From Octopus bimaculoides (taxonomy: Eukaryota), in NCBI RefSeq assembly GCF_001194135.2, contig NC_068999.1, positions 43,256,822 through 43,306,214 on the forward strand: a stretch of DNA of 49,393 nt, written 5' to 3'. The notes beneath the pieces are model-generated. The model saw nothing but the letters and a program-made list of their open reading frames with translations, was not told the DNA's origin and searched no databases. Below are positions 46,909-49,393 of the stretch, piece by piece. The position numbers were made by a program, and so were the translations under genes. Numbering within the stretch: the stretch's first letter is position 1; the number at the start of each line of letters is the position of its first letter.

Positions 46909-47114
46909 GCAGAATCATTAGCACGCCGTGCGAAATGCTTAGCGGTATTTCGTCTGTCTTTACGTTCTGAGTTCAAATTCCACTGAGGTCGACTTTGTCT
47001 TTCATCCCTTCAGGATCGATCAAATAAGTACCAGTTACACACTGGGATCAAGATAATTGACTTAATCCCTTTGTCTGTCCTTATTTGTTCCCTCTATGTT
47101 TAGCCCCCAGTGGG
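46909..47114 (+). mobile_element. SINE-B with an alternative 3' tail
   Basis: tggcagaatcattagcacgccgtgcgaaatgcttagcggtatttcg...gagttcaaattcc...ttaatccctttgtctgtccttatttgttccctctatgtttagcccc. Confidence 0.88.
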
Positions 47115-47115
47115 C

Positions 47116-47420
47116 TGGCTGTGTGGTAAGTAGCTTGCTTACCAACCACATGGTTCTGAATTCATTCAGTCCCACTGCGTGGCACCTTGGGCAAGTGTCT
47201 TCTCCTACAGCCTCAAGCCGACCAAAGCCTTGTGAGTGGATGCCCTTCCTAATGCCAACCACTTTACAGGATGTAACGGGTGCTCCTTACATGTCACCAG
47301 CGTGGACACTCTTATGTGCTACTGGCACAGGTGCCACTTACATGGCACTGGCATTGGCCACATCTATGATATCACTTGGCTTGAGTCTTCCCAAGCACAG
47401 CATTTCACCCAAGGTCTCAC
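47116..47420. mobile_element. Chimera: SINE-A head (plus, 47116-47241) fused to SINE-C (minus, from 47237)
   Basis: ...ccttgtgagTGGATgcccttcctaatgccaacc...; TGGAT belongs to both consensus sequences. Confidence 0.8.
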
Positions 47421-47664
47421 CTATGTGTCATCACCTCCTCATAAAAACCAATCAATTATTATTATTGATCCTTTGTATGAGATTAATGGTTGTACTAATA
47501 CTACAGGTTAAAATTTCTTTATATTTTTCTGCTAAGTAACCCAGTAGCAGATTTACAGATTTAGCAGAATTAATTAATCTGCATTGAGTGTTAGATTTGT
47601 GAAATCCTCGTTAAGGCTTTATTAGTTCATTAAATATTGATTGTTAGTTAATATCTCTAGTCTA

Positions 47665-47852
47665 TTATTAGTTTCAAATTTTGACACAAAGCCAGCAATT
47701 CCATGAGTCGATTACATCATCTCCAGTACATAGCTGGTACTTATTTTATCAAACTCAAAAGAACAAAAGGCTAAGTTGATCTCGGTGGAATTTGAACTCA
47801 GAACGTACAGATGGATGAAATGCTGCTAAGCAGTTTGCCCAGCATTCTAATG
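47665..47852 (-). mobile_element. SINE-B, diverged
   Basis: gtttcaaattttgacacaaagccagcaatt...ggtacttattttatc...ggaatttgaactcagaacgta...gctaagca. Confidence 0.75.
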
Positions 47853-48169
47853 GTACTACCTTCTCTCTAGTTTATTAGGGATATCAAACGTACTGCTTAT
47901 GGCCCTTAATTTCATGATCAATGTTGATACAGTATCTTTGGTTTTGTCATTTTGGATCATGTTATTCTTGAGCAATTGTCTATGGAAACTATACTTTATA
48001 AAGATGTTAATCTGAGAATACTTTTCTTTCTTTTTTGTTGATATGTTTCCTAGGGTTACATACCAGTAGTATTCTTCCCTTTTATGGGACTGTCACATTA
48101 AGTTGACAACATACTATCACTCTATTGTGCTGCTACTGCATAAATCTCTCTATATGTGTGTGTGTGTGT

Positions 48170-48390
48170 TTGTGTGTCAGTATTTGTACCCCCTACATCA
48201 TCGCTTGACAACCTATGCGGGTGCGTTTACACGCCTGTAACTTAGCAGTTTGGCAAAAGCGACTGATTGAATAAGTACTAGGCTTAAAAAGAATAAGTTC
48301 TGGGGTCGATTTGTTCAACTAAAGGTGGTGCTCCAGCGTGGCCACAATCAGATGCCGAAAATAATTAAAAGAAAAGAACAATGAAAAGAA
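48170..48390 (+). mobile_element. SINE-A 3' half
   Basis: tcgcttgacaacc...gaataagtactaggctt...tggggtcgatttgttcaactaaaggtggtgctccagcgtggcc. Confidence 0.85.
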
Positions 48391-48422
48391 TGTATATATA
48401 TATGTATATATATATATGTATG

Positions 48423-48495
<73 letters not shown>

Positions 48496-48562
48496 GAGAA
48501 AGATAGGTACATAGAAGTCTGGAAGTATATTCATGTGTGTGCATCTTATATTTATCTATCTA

Positions 48563-48943
48563 TTTCTTTTACTTGTTTCAGTCATTTGACTGCGGCCATG
48601 CTGGAGCGCCACCTTTAATCAAACACATCGAATCTAGTACTTATTCTATCTGTCTCTTTTGCCGAACCGCTAGGTTACGGGGGACGTAAACACACCAGCA
48701 TCGATTGTCAAGCGACAGTGGGAGGACAAACACACGTACATATACATACAAACACACATTATATATATATATATATATATATATATACGATGGGCTTCTT
48801 TCAGTTTCCGTCTACCAAATCCACTCACAAGGCTTTTGGTTGGCCCAAGGCTATAATAGAAGACGCTTGCCCAAGGTGCCACGCAGTGGGACTGAACCTG
48901 AAACCATGTGGTGGGTAAGCAAGCTACTTACCACACAACCGCT
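48563..48943 (-). mobile_element. SINE-A, full length
   Basis: cttttacttgtttcagtcatttgactgcggcc ... aagcaagctacttaccacacaacc. Confidence 0.9.
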
Positions 48944-48949
48944 CTTGTG

Positions 48950-48993
48950 ACTATCTATCTATCTACCTATCCCTCTATCTATCTATCTGTCTG

Positions 48994-49026
<33 letters not shown>

Positions 49027-49184
49027 TTATCTATCTATCTATCTACCTATCTATCTATCTCTCTGTCTATCTATCTATCTATCCCTCTAACTATGTATCT
49101 ATCTGTCTGTCTAATCTATCTATCTATCCCCCTCTCTCTCTTTCATTCTATCTATCTCCATTTATATATATATTGATACAGAAG

Positions 49185-49228
<44 letters not shown>

Positions 49229-49321
49229 CATGTATATATATACTTTCAATTAAATTATTTGTTTTATATGGTTTAGTTTCATATTTTTTATTCACCCTGG
49301 GGCAAGTATCATATATATATG

Positions 49322-49357
<36 letters not shown>

Positions 49358-49393
49358 TATGTGTGTATGTATATATATATATATATATATATA
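48950..49393. repeat. (TATC)n, (TG)n and (TA)n microsatellites
   Basis: Directly visible. Confidence 0.9.

Overview
AT-rich, microsatellite-dense eukaryotic DNA from a gapped draft assembly (21 N-runs, about 8 kb or 16% by my count). The SINE-like repeat families resemble those of coleoid cephalopods, most likely Octopus; this is recognition and inference, not a database hit. I cannot support an intact protein-coding exon, tRNA or rRNA gene, or CRISPR array. Nearly all ORFs in the track are N-spanning, microsatellite-derived or SINE-derived. The window contains: (i) many copies of at least five interspersed repeat families, given working labels SINE-A (tRNA head, CORE-like domain, internal microsatellite, GTAAAAGA tail), SINE-B, SINE-C (RTE-type (GAT)n tail), repeat-D ((AAC)n tail) and SINE-F (V-SINE-like); (ii) three frameshifted RTE-clade reverse-transcriptase relics that the ORF track misses; (iii) a mariner-like transposase relic and a probable Tc1 relic; (iv) a young 464-bp foldback/MITE with 126-bp TIRs plus an 83-bp internally deleted derivative; (v) two old hAT-type MITEs. 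The most notable structures are the long-TIR element family, a perfect 46-bp palindrome inside an RT relic, closely spaced inverted SINE pairs, chimeric SINE junctions, and a strong strand bias of TATC/CT microsatellites. I found no convincing new gene system. The window is most likely intronic or intergenic. Boundaries of old repeats are approximate.
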